Source of the DNA: Lachnospiraceae bacterium | GTDB taxonomy: Bacteria > Bacillota > Clostridia > Lachnospirales > Lachnospiraceae | DNA length: 58,194 bases | Direction: 5' to 3' | Assembly: GCA_017625335.1 (NCBI GenBank) | Contig: JAGALE010000231.1 | Location: forward strand, 1 to 58,194 | In this document: positions 19,473 to 31,533 of the stretch, piece by piece | Layout: every line of letters begins with the position of its first letter | How positions within the stretch are numbered: position 1 is the first letter of the stretch | The notes under the pieces: generated by a model | The model's input: the letters and a program-made list of their open reading frames with translations, nothing else | Told to the model about the DNA's origin: nothing | The model's database searches: none | Program-made: the position numbers and the translations under genes

Positions 19473-20849
19473 ATGAAGAAATTAATTGAAAGTAAATGGG
19501 ATGAAATTCTTTCACTTCTTGAAACTCAATATGACATTTCTAATATATTAATCAAAACCTGGATAAGCACTCTTAAGATATTCGAGGTTAAAGATAATAC
19601 AGTATATTTCTATGTTGATGAAAGACTTAAGCAGGGAGAGAACGCTGTCAAATTTATTCATAAGAAAGAATTTGACTTATTTCTTCTGTCCTCAATTAGA
19701 GAAACTCTTAACAATATCGATATCGAGATAGTTATTGATGAGAAGAAGAATTTTGTCAAGGAAGATGATAATACTAACGAAGCTAAGGTTTCTGAAAGCT
19801 ATAATGACGCTATTATAAGAAGTAACCTTAATCCAAAGTATACATTTGAAAACTTTATAGTTGGTGACAGTAATAGACATGCTCACGCTACTTGCCTTGC
19901 AGTTGCGGACATGCCTGCACAGGATAATTTTAATCCTCTGTTTTTATATGGTAACTCAGGACTTGGTAAGACCCACCTTATGCAGTCCATAGCACATTAC
20001 ATTTTAAGGAATGACGAGAATGCTAATGTTTTGTATGTAACATCAGAGAAGTTTACTAATGAGATTATCAATGCTATCAAGAACCATACAACTGATGAGT
20101 TTAGAGAAAAGTATAGAAATGTTGACGTTCTCCTTATAGATGATGTCCAGTTCATTAAAGACAAGGACAGTACACAGATGGAGTTCTTTAACACATTTAA
20201 TACTCTGTATGATAATAAGAAGCAAATCATTCTTTCATCAGACAGACCTCCTAAGGAGATTAAAACTTTGGATGAAAGAATTATATCTAGATTTGAATGT
20301 GGTGTTCCTATAGATATTCACGAGCCTGATTATGAGACTCGAATGGCTATTCTTAAGAATAAGGCTGAGAGAGAAAATCTTAAGGACATCCCTGATGATG
20401 TTTATGTTTACATAGCAGAGAATGTTACCAACAATATCCGTGAGCTTGAGGGAGCTCTTAATAAGATTTCCATATTCTCCAAGCTTATGAACGAGAAGGT
20501 TACTTTAGAAACTGCTAAGGATTCTCTTAAGGATATTATTAACAAGGATGCTAATATTAAGATTACTCCTGAACGTATTATATCTGTAGTTTGTGAACAT
20601 ATGAACATCTCAGAGGGAGATATAAAGTCAAAGAAAAGAAGCCAGGACATAGCAACTGCAAGACAGATTATTATGTACCTTCTTAGAAAATATACTGTAT
20701 TATCTCTTAAGTCAGTTGGTAATGCTGTTGGTGGACGAGATCATACCACAGTAATGAACGGCTGCAAGAGAGTTGAAGAAAATTATAATAAGGACGAAGG
20801 CTTTAAGAATAATATAGATACTATTATAAAGAAGCTTAACCCTTCTTAA
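19473..20849 (+). CDS. dnaA: Chromosomal replication initiator DnaA
   Basis: YTFENF, NPLFLYGNSGLGKTHL, LLIDDVQF, NIRELEGAL, GGRDHTTV. Confidence 0.98.
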   Translation: MKKLIESKWDEILSLLETQYDISNILIKTWISTLKIFEVKDNTVYFYVDERLKQGENAVKFIHKKEFDLFLLSSIRETLNNIDIEIVIDEKKNFVKEDDNTNEAKVSESYNDAIIRSNLNPKYTFENFIVGDSNRHAHATCLAVADMPAQDNFNPLFLYGNSGLGKTHLMQSIAHYILRNDENANVLYVTSEKFTNEIINAIKNHTTDEFREKYRNVDVLLIDDVQFIKDKDSTQMEFFNTFNTLYDNKKQIILSSDRPPKEIKTLDERIISRFECGVPIDIHEPDYETRMAILKNKAERENLKDIPDDVYVYIAENVTNNIRELEGALNKISIFSKLMNEKVTLETAKDSLKDIINKDANIKITPERIISVVCEHMNISEGDIKSKKRSQDIATARQIIMYLLRKYTVLSLKSVGNAVGGRDHTTVMNGCKRVEENYNKDEGFKNNIDTIIKKLNPS

Positions 20850-21150
20850 TTTAATTATATTGATGCTATATTGTTGATTATATGTTTATAACTTGTTTAA
20901 AGGTGTTATTAAACTGTTGATAAAAAATTATTTACTTTTTTAACTATTTAAACAGTGCCTTAAGTGGTTAAAGTTATCCATATTTTAAACACATCAAAAT
21001 CTTCATTAACTGACAAATTTATCAACGTTAAAAACCTTGATATTTAAAGGGGTTAAAGGACTTAAACTAATATCCACACCCCCTACTACTATTACTACTA
21101 ATTATTTATTAATTAATTATATGCATTTTGATTTAATTTTCATTTGTTTC
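20850..21150. other. oriC part 2 with basal unwinding site (DnaA box, C-run, DnaA-trios, AT-rich DUE)
   Basis: ATATCCACA 21070-21078, CCCCC, then TACTACTATTACTACTA 21084-21100 and an AT-rich tract, as in the Bacillus dnaA-dnaN origin. Confidence 0.88.
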
Positions 21151-21175
21151 GATGTGGAAAGGAGTTATTAACATT

Positions 21176-22294
21176 ATGAAAATAAAATGTAAAAGATCTA
21201 ACCTTATGAAATCTCTTAATATTGTATCTAAGGCAGTTTCTACTAAGACTACTATGCCAATACTTGAATGTATTCTTATAGATGTATATGCAGATTGTAT
21301 TAAGCTTGTAGCTAATGATTTGGAATTAGGTATAGAGACAACCTTAGAGGGTGATGTATTAGAGATAGGTAAGATAGCAGTTGAAGCTAAGGAATTTAAT
21401 GAGTATATTAAGAGACTTCCTGATAGTGAGATTCTTCTTGAGTCTACTCCTGATACAAAGCTTAGAATTAAGTGTGAGAGATCAGACCTTGAGCTTCTTG
21501 CTTGTAAGCCAGGTGATGAATTTACAGATTTACCTGTAGTTGAAAAGAGTAAGAGTATAACTGTATCTCAGTTTACCTTAAAGCAGGTAATTAATCAGAC
21601 AATCTTTTCTATATCTGATAATGAAAATAATAAGCTTATGACAGGTGAGCTTTTCGAGGTTAAGGATGGAAAGCTTACAGTTGTATCACTTGATGGACAT
21701 AGAATTTCTATGAGAAATATTGAGCTTTCAGGTAATGCTGACAATGTTAAGGTAGTAGTTCCTGGAAAAACACTTAATGATATATCAAGAATTTTAAGTG
21801 GTGGAATAGATGATATGGTTAATATCTATTTTACTGATAGAAATATTTTGTTTGAGTTTGATAAGACTATGGTGGTTTCAAGATTACTTGAGGGAGAGTA
21901 TTTTAAGATTATTCAGATGCTTTCCATAGACCATAAGATAAGTGTTAAGGTTAATAATAAGGACTTCCTTAGCACACTTGATAGAGCATCTATCTTTATA
22001 AGAGAATCAGATAAAAAGCCTATCGTTATAAGCATTAAGGATGATAATAATATGTACTTCAAGGTTAACAGCCAGGTAGGTAACATGAATGAAACCTTAG
22101 ATGTTGATAAAAAGGGTGATGATATAATCATTGGATTTAATCCAAGATTCTTGATGGATGTACTTAAGGTTGTAGATGATGAAGAAATTTGTATGTATAT
22201 GAGAGATGCTAAATCACCTTGTATTATTAAGGATGAGGATGAAAGCTACGTATACGTAATTCTTCCTGTAAATATTAATGCTAGCGCATATTAA
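21176..22294 (+). CDS. dnaN: DNA polymerase III beta clamp
   Basis: MPILECIL, SLDGHRIS, SRLLEG, IGFNPRFL, YVILPV; ATG 21176. Confidence 0.96.
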   Translation: MKIKCKRSNLMKSLNIVSKAVSTKTTMPILECILIDVYADCIKLVANDLELGIETTLEGDVLEIGKIAVEAKEFNEYIKRLPDSEILLESTPDTKLRIKCERSDLELLACKPGDEFTDLPVVEKSKSITVSQFTLKQVINQTIFSISDNENNKLMTGELFEVKDGKLTVVSLDGHRISMRNIELSGNADNVKVVVPGKTLNDISRILSGGIDDMVNIYFTDRNILFEFDKTMVVSRLLEGEYFKIIQMLSIDHKISVKVNNKDFLSTLDRASIFIRESDKKPIVISIKDDNNMYFKVNSQVGNMNETLDVDKKGDDIIIGFNPRFLMDVLKVVDDEEICMYMRDAKSPCIIKDEDESYVYVILPVNINASAY

Positions 22295-22308
22295 TTAGGA
22301 GGCTTGTT

Positions 22309-22524
22309 ATGCATATTTTAAAGCTTCGTGATGGAGAAGAATTTATAAAGCTAGGACAGGCTCTTAAGGCCACAGGTCTTGCTGATTCAGGTATAGATGC
22401 CAAGGAATTTATACAGCAGGGTCTTGTTCTTGTGGATGGAGAGGTTGAGACTAGAAGAGGTAGAAAGCTATATGATGGAGCACATGTTGAGTTTGACGGT
22501 GAATCTATCAGTATTCAGGCTTAG
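22309..22524 (+). CDS. yaaA: S4-domain RNA-binding protein YaaA
   Basis: FIKLGQALK..G, VDGEVETRRGRKL; conserved position. Confidence 0.9.
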   Translation: MHILKLRDGEEFIKLGQALKATGLADSGIDAKEFIQQGLVLVDGEVETRRGRKLYDGAHVEFDGESISIQA

Positions 22525-22566
22525 TTTAAATTAATAGGCTTGAGTACATAAAGGAGAGTCTAAGTA

Positions 22567-23643
22567 ATGGTTATTAATAGCTTAGCACTTAATAATTATA
22601 GAAATTATTTGAGTGAGGAAATTAGCTTTTCAGATGGAATAAACATTTTATATGGTGATAATGCTCAGGGTAAAACTAATATATTAGAAGCTATATATAT
22701 GTTAGCCACTACCAAATCACATAGAACCAGCAAGGATAAGGAATTAATTAATTTTAATTCAGATGAAGGTCATATAAAGGCTTTAATTAATAAAAGAGAT
22801 ATAGAGTATAGAATAGACATGCATCTTAGAAGAAGTAAAACTAAAGGTGTAGCTATAGACAGAGTTCCTGTGAAGAAAACCTCACAGCTTATGGGTATGG
22901 TTAATGTGGTTTTATTCTCTCCTGAGGATTTAGATATTATAAAGGATGGACCTTCAGAGAGAAGACGCTTCATAGATATGGAGCTATGTCAGTTAAGTAA
23001 GATATATTATAGTAATCTTAGTAGCTATAATAAGATTCTTAATCAGAGAAATAATCTTCTCAAAAATATTTACTATGACAAATCTCAATTGGAAATGTTA
23101 GATGTATGGGATGCTCAGCTGGTAGAATATGGTATAAAAATTATAAAAGATAGGAATAATTTTATTGATAAGATTAATGAAATTATCCTTGATATACATA
23201 AAAGACTTACCGGTGATAAGGAAATAATCAAGGTTATCTATGATAGGAATGTATCCTGTGAAGATTTTGCTACAGAGCTTTCTTTTAAAAGGGATGTAGA
23301 TCTTAGATATCAAACTACACAGGTAGGTCCGCATAGAGATGATATATCATTTTTAGTTAATGATATGGATGTTAAAACATATGGCTCCCAGGGTCAGCAG
23401 CGAACAGCTGCACTATCTCTTAAGCTTTCAGAGATAGAAATGGTAAAGGAAATAATAGGTGATAATCCCATATTACTGTTAGATGATGTAATGTCAGAGC
23501 TTGATTCTTCAAGAAGAGAAGCTTTGCTTTCATCCATTAATGATATCCAGACTATCATTACATGTACAGGATATGATGATTTTATAAAAGAAAGACTAAC
23601 CATAGATAAGGTATATCAGGTTAGCAAGGGGACAATACAGTAA
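22567..23643 (+). CDS. recF: DNA replication/repair protein RecF
   Basis: GDNAQGKTN, GPHRDD, GSQGQQR, LLLDDVMSELD. Confidence 0.97.
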   Translation: MVINSLALNNYRNYLSEEISFSDGINILYGDNAQGKTNILEAIYMLATTKSHRTSKDKELINFNSDEGHIKALINKRDIEYRIDMHLRRSKTKGVAIDRVPVKKTSQLMGMVNVVLFSPEDLDIIKDGPSERRRFIDMELCQLSKIYYSNLSSYNKILNQRNNLLKNIYYDKSQLEMLDVWDAQLVEYGIKIIKDRNNFIDKINEIILDIHKRLTGDKEIIKVIYDRNVSCEDFATELSFKRDVDLRYQTTQVGPHRDDISFLVNDMDVKTYGSQGQQRTAALSLKLSEIEMVKEIIGDNPILLLDDVMSELDSSRREALLSSINDIQTIITCTGYDDFIKERLTIDKVYQVSKGTIQ

Positions 23644-23753
23644 ATGTGCACAGATTTGCAGGTGAAACAAATCAGCTGAAGCTGATTCAAATCTGGTGCC
23701 AAGAATCAATACTGATTCTTGATGTTTAAGCTGTAGCCTAAAGGAGGATATAA

Positions 23754-25676
23754 ATGGGCAGTAATGAACAATCAAACTATGGTGCCGACCAAATCCAAAT
23801 CCTTGAGGGATTAGAGGCGGTACGAAAGAGACCGGGTATGTATATTGGTAGTACCTCAACCAGAGGCTTACATCACCTGGTATACGAAATTGTTGATAAT
23901 GCAGTAGATGAGGCGTTGGCTGGATTTTGTGATAACATTGATATTACTATTAATGCAGATAATTCAGTAACAGTTGTGGATAACGGTAGAGGTATTCCTA
24001 CAGGTATTCATGAGAAGGCTGGAATTCCAGCTGTTGAGGTTGTATTTACAATACTTCATGCAGGTGGTAAGTTCGGCGGCGGGGGATACAAGGTTTCAGG
24101 TGGTCTCCACGGTGTTGGTGCTTCTGTTGTTAACGCACTTTCTAATTGGCTTGAGGTAGAAATCTCAAGAGATGGAAAGGTATATAGACAGCGTTATGAG
24201 AGAGGAAATGTTATCTATAAGCTTAAAGAGGTTGGTAAGACTGATAAGACAGGTACTAAGGTAACATTTATGCCAGATGATACAATCTTCGATGATGTAA
24301 TATTTGATTATGATACACTTAGAAGAAGATTTAGAGAGATGGCATTCCTTACTAAGGGTCTTAAAATCAATATTGAAGATAAGAGAGAGGGTAAGGAAAA
24401 GAGTGCAACCTTCCACTATGAGGGTGGTATTAAGGAATTTATCGAATATCTTAATAAGCACAAAAACACTCTCTATGATAAGGTTATATATTGTGAGGGA
24501 TATAAGGATGATATCTATGTTGAGGTAGCATTGCAGCATAATGATTCCTTTAATGAAAATACACTTAGCTTTGTTAATAACATTACAACTCCAGAGGGTG
24601 GTATGCACCTTACAGGCTTTAGATCAGCTCTTACAAAGGTATGTAATGATTATGCTAGAAATAACAAGCTGCTTAAGGATAAGGAGGACAACCTTTCAGG
24701 TGATGACCTTAGAGAGGGACTTGCTTGTATAGTAAGTATTAAGATTCCTGATCCTCAGTTCGAGGGACAGACTAAGCAGAAGCTTGGTAATGCTGAGGCT
24801 AGAACTGCAGTTGAGGGTATTGTATTTGAGAAGCTTACTTATTTCCTAGAGCAGAATCCTCAGGTTGCAAAGGCTATAGTTGGTAAGGCTGTACTTGCTC
24901 AGAGAGCTCGTATAGCAGCTCGTAAGGCTAGAGATGTGGCTAGAAAGTCTACACTTGAAAGCTCTATGGCACTTCCAGGTAAGCTTGCCGACTGTTCAGA
25001 CAAGGATCCTAAGAATTGTGAAATCTACATCGTAGAGGGAGATTCTGCGGGTGGTTCTGCTAAGACTGCTCGTTCAAGAGCTACACAGGCTATACTTCCT
25101 CTTAGAGGTAAAATCCTTAATGTAGAGAAGGCAAGAATTGATAGAATTCTTGGCAATGAAGAAATTAAAGCTATGATAACTGCATTTGGTACAGGTATCA
25201 GAGAGAACTTTAATATAGAGAAGCTTAGATATGATAAGATTATTATCATGACAGATGCGGACGTTGATGGTGCTCATATTGCAACACTTATGCTTACCTT
25301 CTTCTTCAGATTTATGCCTGACCTTATTAGACAGGGTCATGTATATCTTGCTCAGCCACCACTTTATAAGCTTGAGAAGAATAAGAAGACTTGGTATGCA
25401 TACAGCGATGATGAGCTTGCTAAGATATTAGATGAGGTTGGAAGAGACCAGAATAATAAGATTCAGCGTTATAAGGGTCTTGGTGAGATGGATGCTGAGC
25501 AGCTTTGGGATACAACTATGGATCCTGAGAAGAGAGTTCTTCTTAGAGTATCTATAGATGAGGAAAGTGAGTCAGAGCTTGATATTACCTTTGATACTCT
25601 TATGGGTGAGAAGGTTGAGCCAAGACGTGAATTTATAGAGGCAAATGCCAAGTTCGTTAAGAATCTTGACATTTAA
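23754..25676 (+). CDS. gyrB: DNA gyrase subunit B
   Basis: [41 protein letters not shown]. Confidence 0.98.
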   Translation: MGSNEQSNYGADQIQILEGLEAVRKRPGMYIGSTSTRGLHHLVYEIVDNAVDEALAGFCDNIDITINADNSVTVVDNGRGIPTGIHEKAGIPAVEVVFTILHAGGKFGGGGYKVSGGLHGVGASVVNALSNWLEVEISRDGKVYRQRYERGNVIYKLKEVGKTDKTGTKVTFMPDDTIFDDVIFDYDTLRRRFREMAFLTKGLKINIEDKREGKEKSATFHYEGGIKEFIEYLNKHKNTLYDKVIYCEGYKDDIYVEVALQHNDSFNENTLSFVNNITTPEGGMHLTGFRSALTKVCNDYARNNKLLKDKEDNLSGDDLREGLACIVSIKIPDPQFEGQTKQKLGNAEARTAVEGIVFEKLTYFLEQNPQVAKAIVGKAVLAQRARIAARKARDVARKSTLESSMALPGKLADCSDKDPKNCEIYIVEGDSAGGSAKTARSRATQAILPLRGKILNVEKARIDRILGNEEIKAMITAFGTGIRENFNIEKLRYDKIIIMTDADVDGAHIATLMLTFFFRFMPDLIRQGHVYLAQPPLYKLEKNKKTWYAYSDDELAKILDEVGRDQNNKIQRYKGLGEMDAEQLWDTTMDPEKRVLLRVSIDEESESELDITFDTLMGEKVEPRREFIEANAKFVKNLDI

Positions 25677-25686
25677 TGGGAGGTAA

Positions 25687-28272
25687 ATGATGGACGATAG
25701 TAATATTTTTGATAAAATCCAGGAAGTGGATTTGAAAAAGACCATGGAAGAGTCATATATTGACTATGCCATGAGTGTTATCGCGGCTCGTGCTCTCCCT
25801 GATGTAAGAGACGGTCTTAAGCCGGTACAAAGAAGAATTCTTCACGCTATGGTGGAGCTTTCAAATTATCCAGACAAGCCACACAGAAAGTGTGCCCGTA
25901 TCGTCGGTGATACAATGGGTAAATATCATCCACATGGAGATAGTTCAATCTATGAGGCTATGGTAAAGCTTGCTCAGGAGTGGAATACAAGATATCAGCT
26001 TATCGATGGACACGGAAACTTTGGTTCTGTGGACGGTGATGGAGCTGCGGCAATGCGATACACAGAAGCAAGACTTTCCAAGATTTCTATGGAGATGATT
26101 GCTGATATTAACAAGGACACTGTAGATTTCGTACCTAACTTTGATGAGACAGAGAAGGAGCCTATCGTACTCCCAAGTAGATATCCTAACCTACTTGTAA
26201 ATGGTACATCAGGTATCGCCGTAGGTATGGCTACTAATATACCACCTCATAATCTTAGAGAGATTATAAATGGTGTTGTTAAGATTATCGATAATCAGGT
26301 AGAGGAAGACAGAGAGACTGACATAGAGGAGCTTATGGAGATTATCCAGGGTCCTGACTTCCCTACAGGTGCTCAGATACTTGGTACTTCAGGTATTAAT
26401 GAGGCATATAGAACAGGTAGAGGTAAGATTAAGGTAAGAGCAATATCTGAGATTGAGCCTATGAGTGGTGGAAAGCAGAGAATCGTTGTAACAGAGCTTC
26501 CATACATGGTTAATAAGGCTAGACTTATCCAGAAGATTGCTGAGCTTGTTAAGGAGAAGAAGCTTGATGGTATTACAGACCTTAGAGATGAGTCATCTCG
26601 TGAGGGTATGAGAATTGTAATCGAGCTTAGAAAGGATTGCAATGCAAATATCATCTTAAATCAGCTCTACAAGCACACTCAGATGCAGGATACATTTGGT
26701 GTAATTATGCTTGCACTTGTTGATCAGGAGCCTAGAATCCTTAACCTTCTTGAGATGCTTACATACTACTTAAAGCATCAGGAGGAGGTAGTAACAAGAA
26801 GAACTAAATATGAGCTTGATAAGGCAGAGAAGAGAGCTCATATCTTAGAGGGATTACTTATAGCTCTTGACCACATTGATGAGGTTATTAAGATAATTAG
26901 AGCTTCAAAGTCTGTTGCAGATGCTAAGCTTAAGCTGATGGAGACATTTGGTCTTACAGATGCTCAGGCTGAAGCTATCGTAGAGATGAAGCTTAGAGCT
27001 CTCACAGGCTTGGAAAGAGAAAAGCTTGAGAATGAGTATAAGGAGCTTATGGTTAAGATTGCCGAGTTACGTACAATTCTTGCTGATAGAAAGAAGCTTC
27101 TTGGAGTTATCAAGGAGGAGATTCTTATTATCGCTACAAAGTTCGGCGATGACAGAAGAACATCTATCGGTATAGATATGGATGATGATATCTCTGTTGA
27201 GGATCTTATCAAGAAGGAGAATATTGTTATTGCTATGACTAAGCTTGGCTATGTTAAGCGTATGTCTATCAATAACTTCAAGAGCCAGCACAGAGGTGGT
27301 AAGGGCATAAAGGGTATGCAGACTATAGAGGATGACTTCATAGAGGATCTCTTTATGACTACAACTCATCACTATATTATGTTCTTTACTAACCAGGGTA
27401 GAGTATACAGACTTAAGGCTTACGAGATTCCAGAGTCAAGCAGAACTGCAAGAGGTACAGCCATTGTCAACCTTCTTCAGCTTATGCCTGATGAGAAGAT
27501 TACAGCTGTTATACCAATCTTAAAGTACAATGAGGGCAGATACCTCTTCATGGCTACTAAGAACGGTATTGTTAAGAAGACTAGAATTACTGAGTATGCA
27601 AATGTTAGAAAGTCTGGTCTTGCAGCTATTACTCTTAAGGAAAATGATGAGCTTATCGAGGTTAAGTCAACTAATAATAAGAAGGATATTATTCTTATTA
27701 CTAAGCAGGGTATGTGTATCCGCTTCAACGAGAAGGATGTAAGATGCACAGGTAGAACATCTATGGGTGTTATCGGTATGAATGTTGCTGACGGTGATGA
27801 AATCGTAGGTATGCAGATGGATACTCAGGGTGATTCAGTGCTTATCGTATCAGAAAATGGCTTAGGTAAGAGAACACTTATAGACGAGTTTACTCCACAG
27901 AGACGTGGTGGTAAGGGTGTTAAGTGCTACAAGATTACTGATAAGTCTGGTCCTGTAATAGGCTTTAAGGCAGTAAATGATGACAACGAGATTATGATTA
28001 TCACTAACCAGGGAATCGTTATAAGACTTCTCTGTAAGGATATCTCAACTCTTGGAAGAATTACTACAGGTGTTAAGCTTATCAATATGGATATTGCAAA
28101 TGATATTACAGTTGCAAGTATTGCTAAGGTTAGACAGAAGTCAGCAGACGAGTCTGAGTCACTTTCTGCATTAGAGCAGGAGATGGAAGCTCAGGATAAC
28201 GAAGAGGGAGATGTAGAGGATGTTGCAGAGGATTCAAATGATGAAGGTGCAGCAGATGATACAGAATCTTAA
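25687..28272 (+). CDS. gyrA: DNA gyrase subunit A
   Basis: DGLKPV, HPHGDS, AAMRYTE, GyrA-box QHRGGKG, acidic tail. Confidence 0.98.
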   Translation: MMDDSNIFDKIQEVDLKKTMEESYIDYAMSVIAARALPDVRDGLKPVQRRILHAMVELSNYPDKPHRKCARIVGDTMGKYHPHGDSSIYEAMVKLAQEWNTRYQLIDGHGNFGSVDGDGAAAMRYTEARLSKISMEMIADINKDTVDFVPNFDETEKEPIVLPSRYPNLLVNGTSGIAVGMATNIPPHNLREIINGVVKIIDNQVEEDRETDIEELMEIIQGPDFPTGAQILGTSGINEAYRTGRGKIKVRAISEIEPMSGGKQRIVVTELPYMVNKARLIQKIAELVKEKKLDGITDLRDESSREGMRIVIELRKDCNANIILNQLYKHTQMQDTFGVIMLALVDQEPRILNLLEMLTYYLKHQEEVVTRRTKYELDKAEKRAHILEGLLIALDHIDEVIKIIRASKSVADAKLKLMETFGLTDAQAEAIVEMKLRALTGLEREKLENEYKELMVKIAELRTILADRKKLLGVIKEEILIIATKFGDDRRTSIGIDMDDDISVEDLIKKENIVIAMTKLGYVKRMSINNFKSQHRGGKGIKGMQTIEDDFIEDLFMTTTHHYIMFFTNQGRVYRLKAYEIPESSRTARGTAIVNLLQLMPDEKITAVIPILKYNEGRYLFMATKNGIVKKTRITEYANVRKSGLAAITLKENDELIEVKSTNNKKDIILITKQGMCIRFNEKDVRCTGRTSMGVIGMNVADGDEIVGMQMDTQGDSVLIVSENGLGKRTLIDEFTPQRRGGKGVKCYKITDKSGPVIGFKAVNDDNEIMIITNQGIVIRLLCKDISTLGRITTGVKLINMDIANDITVASIAKVRQKSADESESLSALEQEMEAQDNEEGDVEDVAEDSNDEGAADDTES

Positions 28273-28427
28273 AATGCTTAATGTTAATAAAAACTTGATG
28301 ACTAGATTAGTATTTTGATATATAATCTAGTAGATGGTAAATCATTAATTAACATTTTAGTTTATTAGCTTCAGAGCTTATGGATTAATCTGTAAGCTCT
28401 GAGGTATAAATAAAAGAGGTAATTAAC

Positions 28428-28631
28428 ATGGGAGATACATTAATTGACGGTCTTGAGGGACTAAGCAAAATTGAAGGATTAGCAGATGTGCTTTTCGACG
28501 CAATATACTGGCTAGCAGTAATATTCGTAATTCTTACTGTTGCCTATTTCTTCGTGTCACTAAGTATTTTCATTAGCAAGGCGAAGAACGGAACCTTAGG
28601 GGAGAAGGACGACGATTATCTAGATGACTAG
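28428..28631 (+). CDS. Small hypothetical membrane protein
   Basis: AGAGGT RBS, single TM helix, upstream TATAAT. Confidence 0.6.
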   Translation: MGDTLIDGLEGLSKIEGLADVLFDAIYWLAVIFVILTVAYFFVSLSIFISKAKNGTLGEKDDDYLDD

Positions 28632-28848
28632 TAAGTCACCATTGAGCAAGCTGTGCTTGCGATGTGGTGGCATGACATAATATGTTATGTTTGACATTAA
28701 TAATTAAAAATAACTAGCCAATGTTCTAAGGTTTGGCTAGTTATTTTTTTGTCTACTTTTAGATACTTGTTTTTCCTAGGATTTAGTTGCATAATATTAC
28801 TATGTGTAAATAAAAAAAGTAGTTTATAAAGAGGGTTTTAGATTAATT

Positions 28849-29691
28849 ATGAGAACAATTAATACAGATATTATAATAGAAACAGTTAGGGATATGTGTA
28901 TCCAGGCTAATCTTTTTCTTGCTCCTGATATGGAGGAGAGAATGAGAGAGGCCGCCAAGGAAGAGGATGGTATCTTAGGCAAGCAGATTATGAATCAGCT
29001 TATAGAGAACATGGAGATTGCAGGAAGTGATAGGATTCCAATATGCCAGGATACAGGTATGGCAGTGTTTTTCGTAAATGTGGGACAGGATTTACATATA
29101 GAGGGAATGAATCTTACAGATGCAATTAACGAGGGAGTTAGACGTGGATATACAGAGGGGTATCTTAGAAAGTCAGTGGTGGCAGATCCACTTATTCGTG
29201 AGAATACCAAGGATAATACGCCAGCTATTATTCACTACGATATAGTTCCCGGGGATAAGCTAACTATTACCATAGCACCTAAGGGCTTTGGAAGTGAGAA
29301 TATGAGTAGGGTGTTTATGCTTAAGCCGGCTGATGGTGAAGAAGGAGTAAAGGCAGCAGTGCTACAGGCAGTTAAGGATGCAGGTCCTAATGCATGCCCA
29401 CCTATGGTAGTAGGAGTCGGACTTGGAGGAGATTTTGAATTAGCTGCAAAGCTTGCCAAGAAGGCACTTACCAGAGATGTTAATTCACACTCAGATAAAG
29501 AGCATATTGCTAGAATAGAGAATGAACTTCTTCAAATGGTTAATGCAACAGGTATAGGACCGGGAGGTTTAGGTGGAAAAACAACAGCTCTTGCTGTTAA
29601 TATTGAAACCTATGCAACTCATATTGCCGGAATGCCTCTGGCTGTAAATATGTGTTGTCATGTAAATAGACATGTAACTAAGGAGATATAA
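28849..29691 (+). CDS. Fe-S hydro-lyase (class I fumarase/tartrate dehydratase) alpha subunit
   Basis: PICQDTG, KGFGSEN, ACPP, NMCCH. Confidence 0.92.
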   Translation: MRTINTDIIIETVRDMCIQANLFLAPDMEERMREAAKEEDGILGKQIMNQLIENMEIAGSDRIPICQDTGMAVFFVNVGQDLHIEGMNLTDAINEGVRRGYTEGYLRKSVVADPLIRENTKDNTPAIIHYDIVPGDKLTITIAPKGFGSENMSRVFMLKPADGEEGVKAAVLQAVKDAGPNACPPMVVGVGLGGDFELAAKLAKKALTRDVNSHSDKEHIARIENELLQMVNATGIGPGGLGGKTTALAVNIETYATHIAGMPLAVNMCCHVNRHVTKEI

Positions 29692-29784
29692 AATATACAC
29701 AAGTAAGGTGAAATATAAAAAGTATGCTAAAAATAATGACATACTTGAGTAGATTATTTATGTACGAAAAAGGGGGATTTTTAC

Positions 29785-31533
29785 ATGGGAAAATTTAAAA
29801 GCTTTATTGAGGAACAAAAGACTGATTTAAGAGGGCTAATTTATAACTATACATTTACCATAATTGCAGTTGCACTGGCATCTATATTCTTCTGCATTGA
29901 CTTTGAGTTGGATGAGCCTAATGATTTTGTTACTTACACAGAGTTTTTCCTACTTATGTTTGCATTAGGAGCATTGTTAATAGAGACCTTTTTCGTGGAT
30001 AAGACACAGCCTAAAAATTGGGGAAGGCTTACCATATTTTATGTGGTAGATGCTGCCCAAGCATTGATATGGACATTGTTAGCATATTTTGATGATGATA
30101 TAGCCAATTGCTTTGACTATCCGGATTTGTTTTATCTTAATATATCCAAGATACTTGCTGTGTATATAGCAGCAGTAGTTGTAGCTGTAATTTATAAGCT
30201 TGTAAAGCTTAGTGGACTTAGCTTTGATACATATGTTTCCAGAGCAATTTTCGGATTGCTTAAGATGTGGGGATTATTCTTTGTACTTTACCTGGCTATA
30301 TGTATGCTGCTTTCTATATTCGAAGCCCTTATTATGGATATAGATTATTGGGATATATTAGATAATTTAACAGTTTTAATATGTGGATTTATATGCTTTC
30401 CATACAGCTTACTTACCATAACAGACACTAAGGATGAAAATTCAAAGTTTACCAAGGGACTTATAAATGTGGTTCTTATGCCGGCAGTTATTATTGCCTT
30501 ACTGATTGTTTATTTATATATAATCAAAATTCTGATTAGTTGGGACATACCTTCTAATGAGGTATTTGACATTTGCTTATACGTGTTTGTTTTAGGTGGT
30601 CCTGTTTGGTTTATGTGCAATGGCTTCCTTAGAGAGAAAGCTGCTCTTAAGGGTGAGGAGTCAGGCCTATATGGAAAGCTTGTAAAAAATATAAAATACG
30701 CTTATATACCATTAATCATATTAGAGATTATTTCCATAGGAATAAGAATAGGAAGCTATGGCCTTACAACAGATAGATATATGGGTGTTGTGGCTATAAT
30801 TTTCCAAATAATTTACGTACTCTGGGATGTAATAGGAAAGCTTATGAAGAAAGAGCTTAAGGAGGAGCTTTTACTTATTGTGGGCTTTGGAATTTTTACA
30901 TTTGCCATGCTTTTCCCAGGGCTTAATATGGATAAGCTTCCTGCCAATGTACAGATAGCTCGTTTTGAGGAAGCTCTTGATAGAGAAGACTATGCAACTG
31001 CAAGTGTTATATATGAATACCTGGATTCCTATAGATGTGAATATGGAGATATATATTTAGACGAAAAATTCACAAAGCAGGAAAGAGAAGAGCTAGAACT
31101 TAAATTCTATGATTTAGTAGAAGAGAAAGATCAATATAAGTATACTGAGTATATGAGAGCCTACGTTCCGACAAGTATAAGAAATAAAGGAGTGGAGATA
31201 GCAGGCTTTACACATATCTATGATTTTACTTATTATAGTAACAATGGAATGCTATATTCAAGTGAAGATATTAAAGCTATTATTGTTACATACGGTGATA
31301 ATTTTGAGGTAAATGTAGATATAACTCAGGTTGTGGATTTAGCTATCAAGTTAAAGGCTGATGATTTGAATTATTCTCAGGAAATGGATTATCAATACAT
31401 AAAATTAAGCAATAACTGTAGTGTTGTAATTGAAGAAATTACCTTTAGACACAATTCTTACACAGGTGAGATAAGTGCCCTGGATTTTAGAGGCTACGTT
31501 CTTACCAATGAGGGAGGACATAATGGACAGTAA
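29785..31533 (+). CDS. DUF4153-like polytopic membrane protein
   Basis: About 11 hydrophobic helices, RIGSYGLTTDRY motif, soluble C-terminus. Confidence 0.7.
   Translation: MGKFKSFIEEQKTDLRGLIYNYTFTIIAVALASIFFCIDFELDEPNDFVTYTEFFLLMFALGALLIETFFVDKTQPKNWGRLTIFYVVDAAQALIWTLLAYFDDDIANCFDYPDLFYLNISKILAVYIAAVVVAVIYKLVKLSGLSFDTYVSRAIFGLLKMWGLFFVLYLAICMLLSIFEALIMDIDYWDILDNLTVLICGFICFPYSLLTITDTKDENSKFTKGLINVVLMPAVIIALLIVYLYIIKILISWDIPSNEVFDICLYVFVLGGPVWFMCNGFLREKAALKGEESGLYGKLVKNIKYAYIPLIILEIISIGIRIGSYGLTTDRYMGVVAIIFQIIYVLWDVIGKLMKKELKEELLLIVGFGIFTFAMLFPGLNMDKLPANVQIARFEEALDREDYATASVIYEYLDSYRCEYGDIYLDEKFTKQEREELELKFYDLVEEKDQYKYTEYMRAYVPTSIRNKGVEIAGFTHIYDFTYYSNNGMLYSSEDIKAIIVTYGDNFEVNVDITQVVDLAIKLKADDLNYSQEMDYQYIKLSNNCSVVIEEITFRHNSYTGEISALDFRGYVLTNEGGHNGQ

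Noticed and set aside
21978-21988. Spacer 1 self-match in dnaN (TTGATAGAGCA)
   Set aside because: Only 11 nt match, compatible with chance; no full protospacer was noticed in the window.
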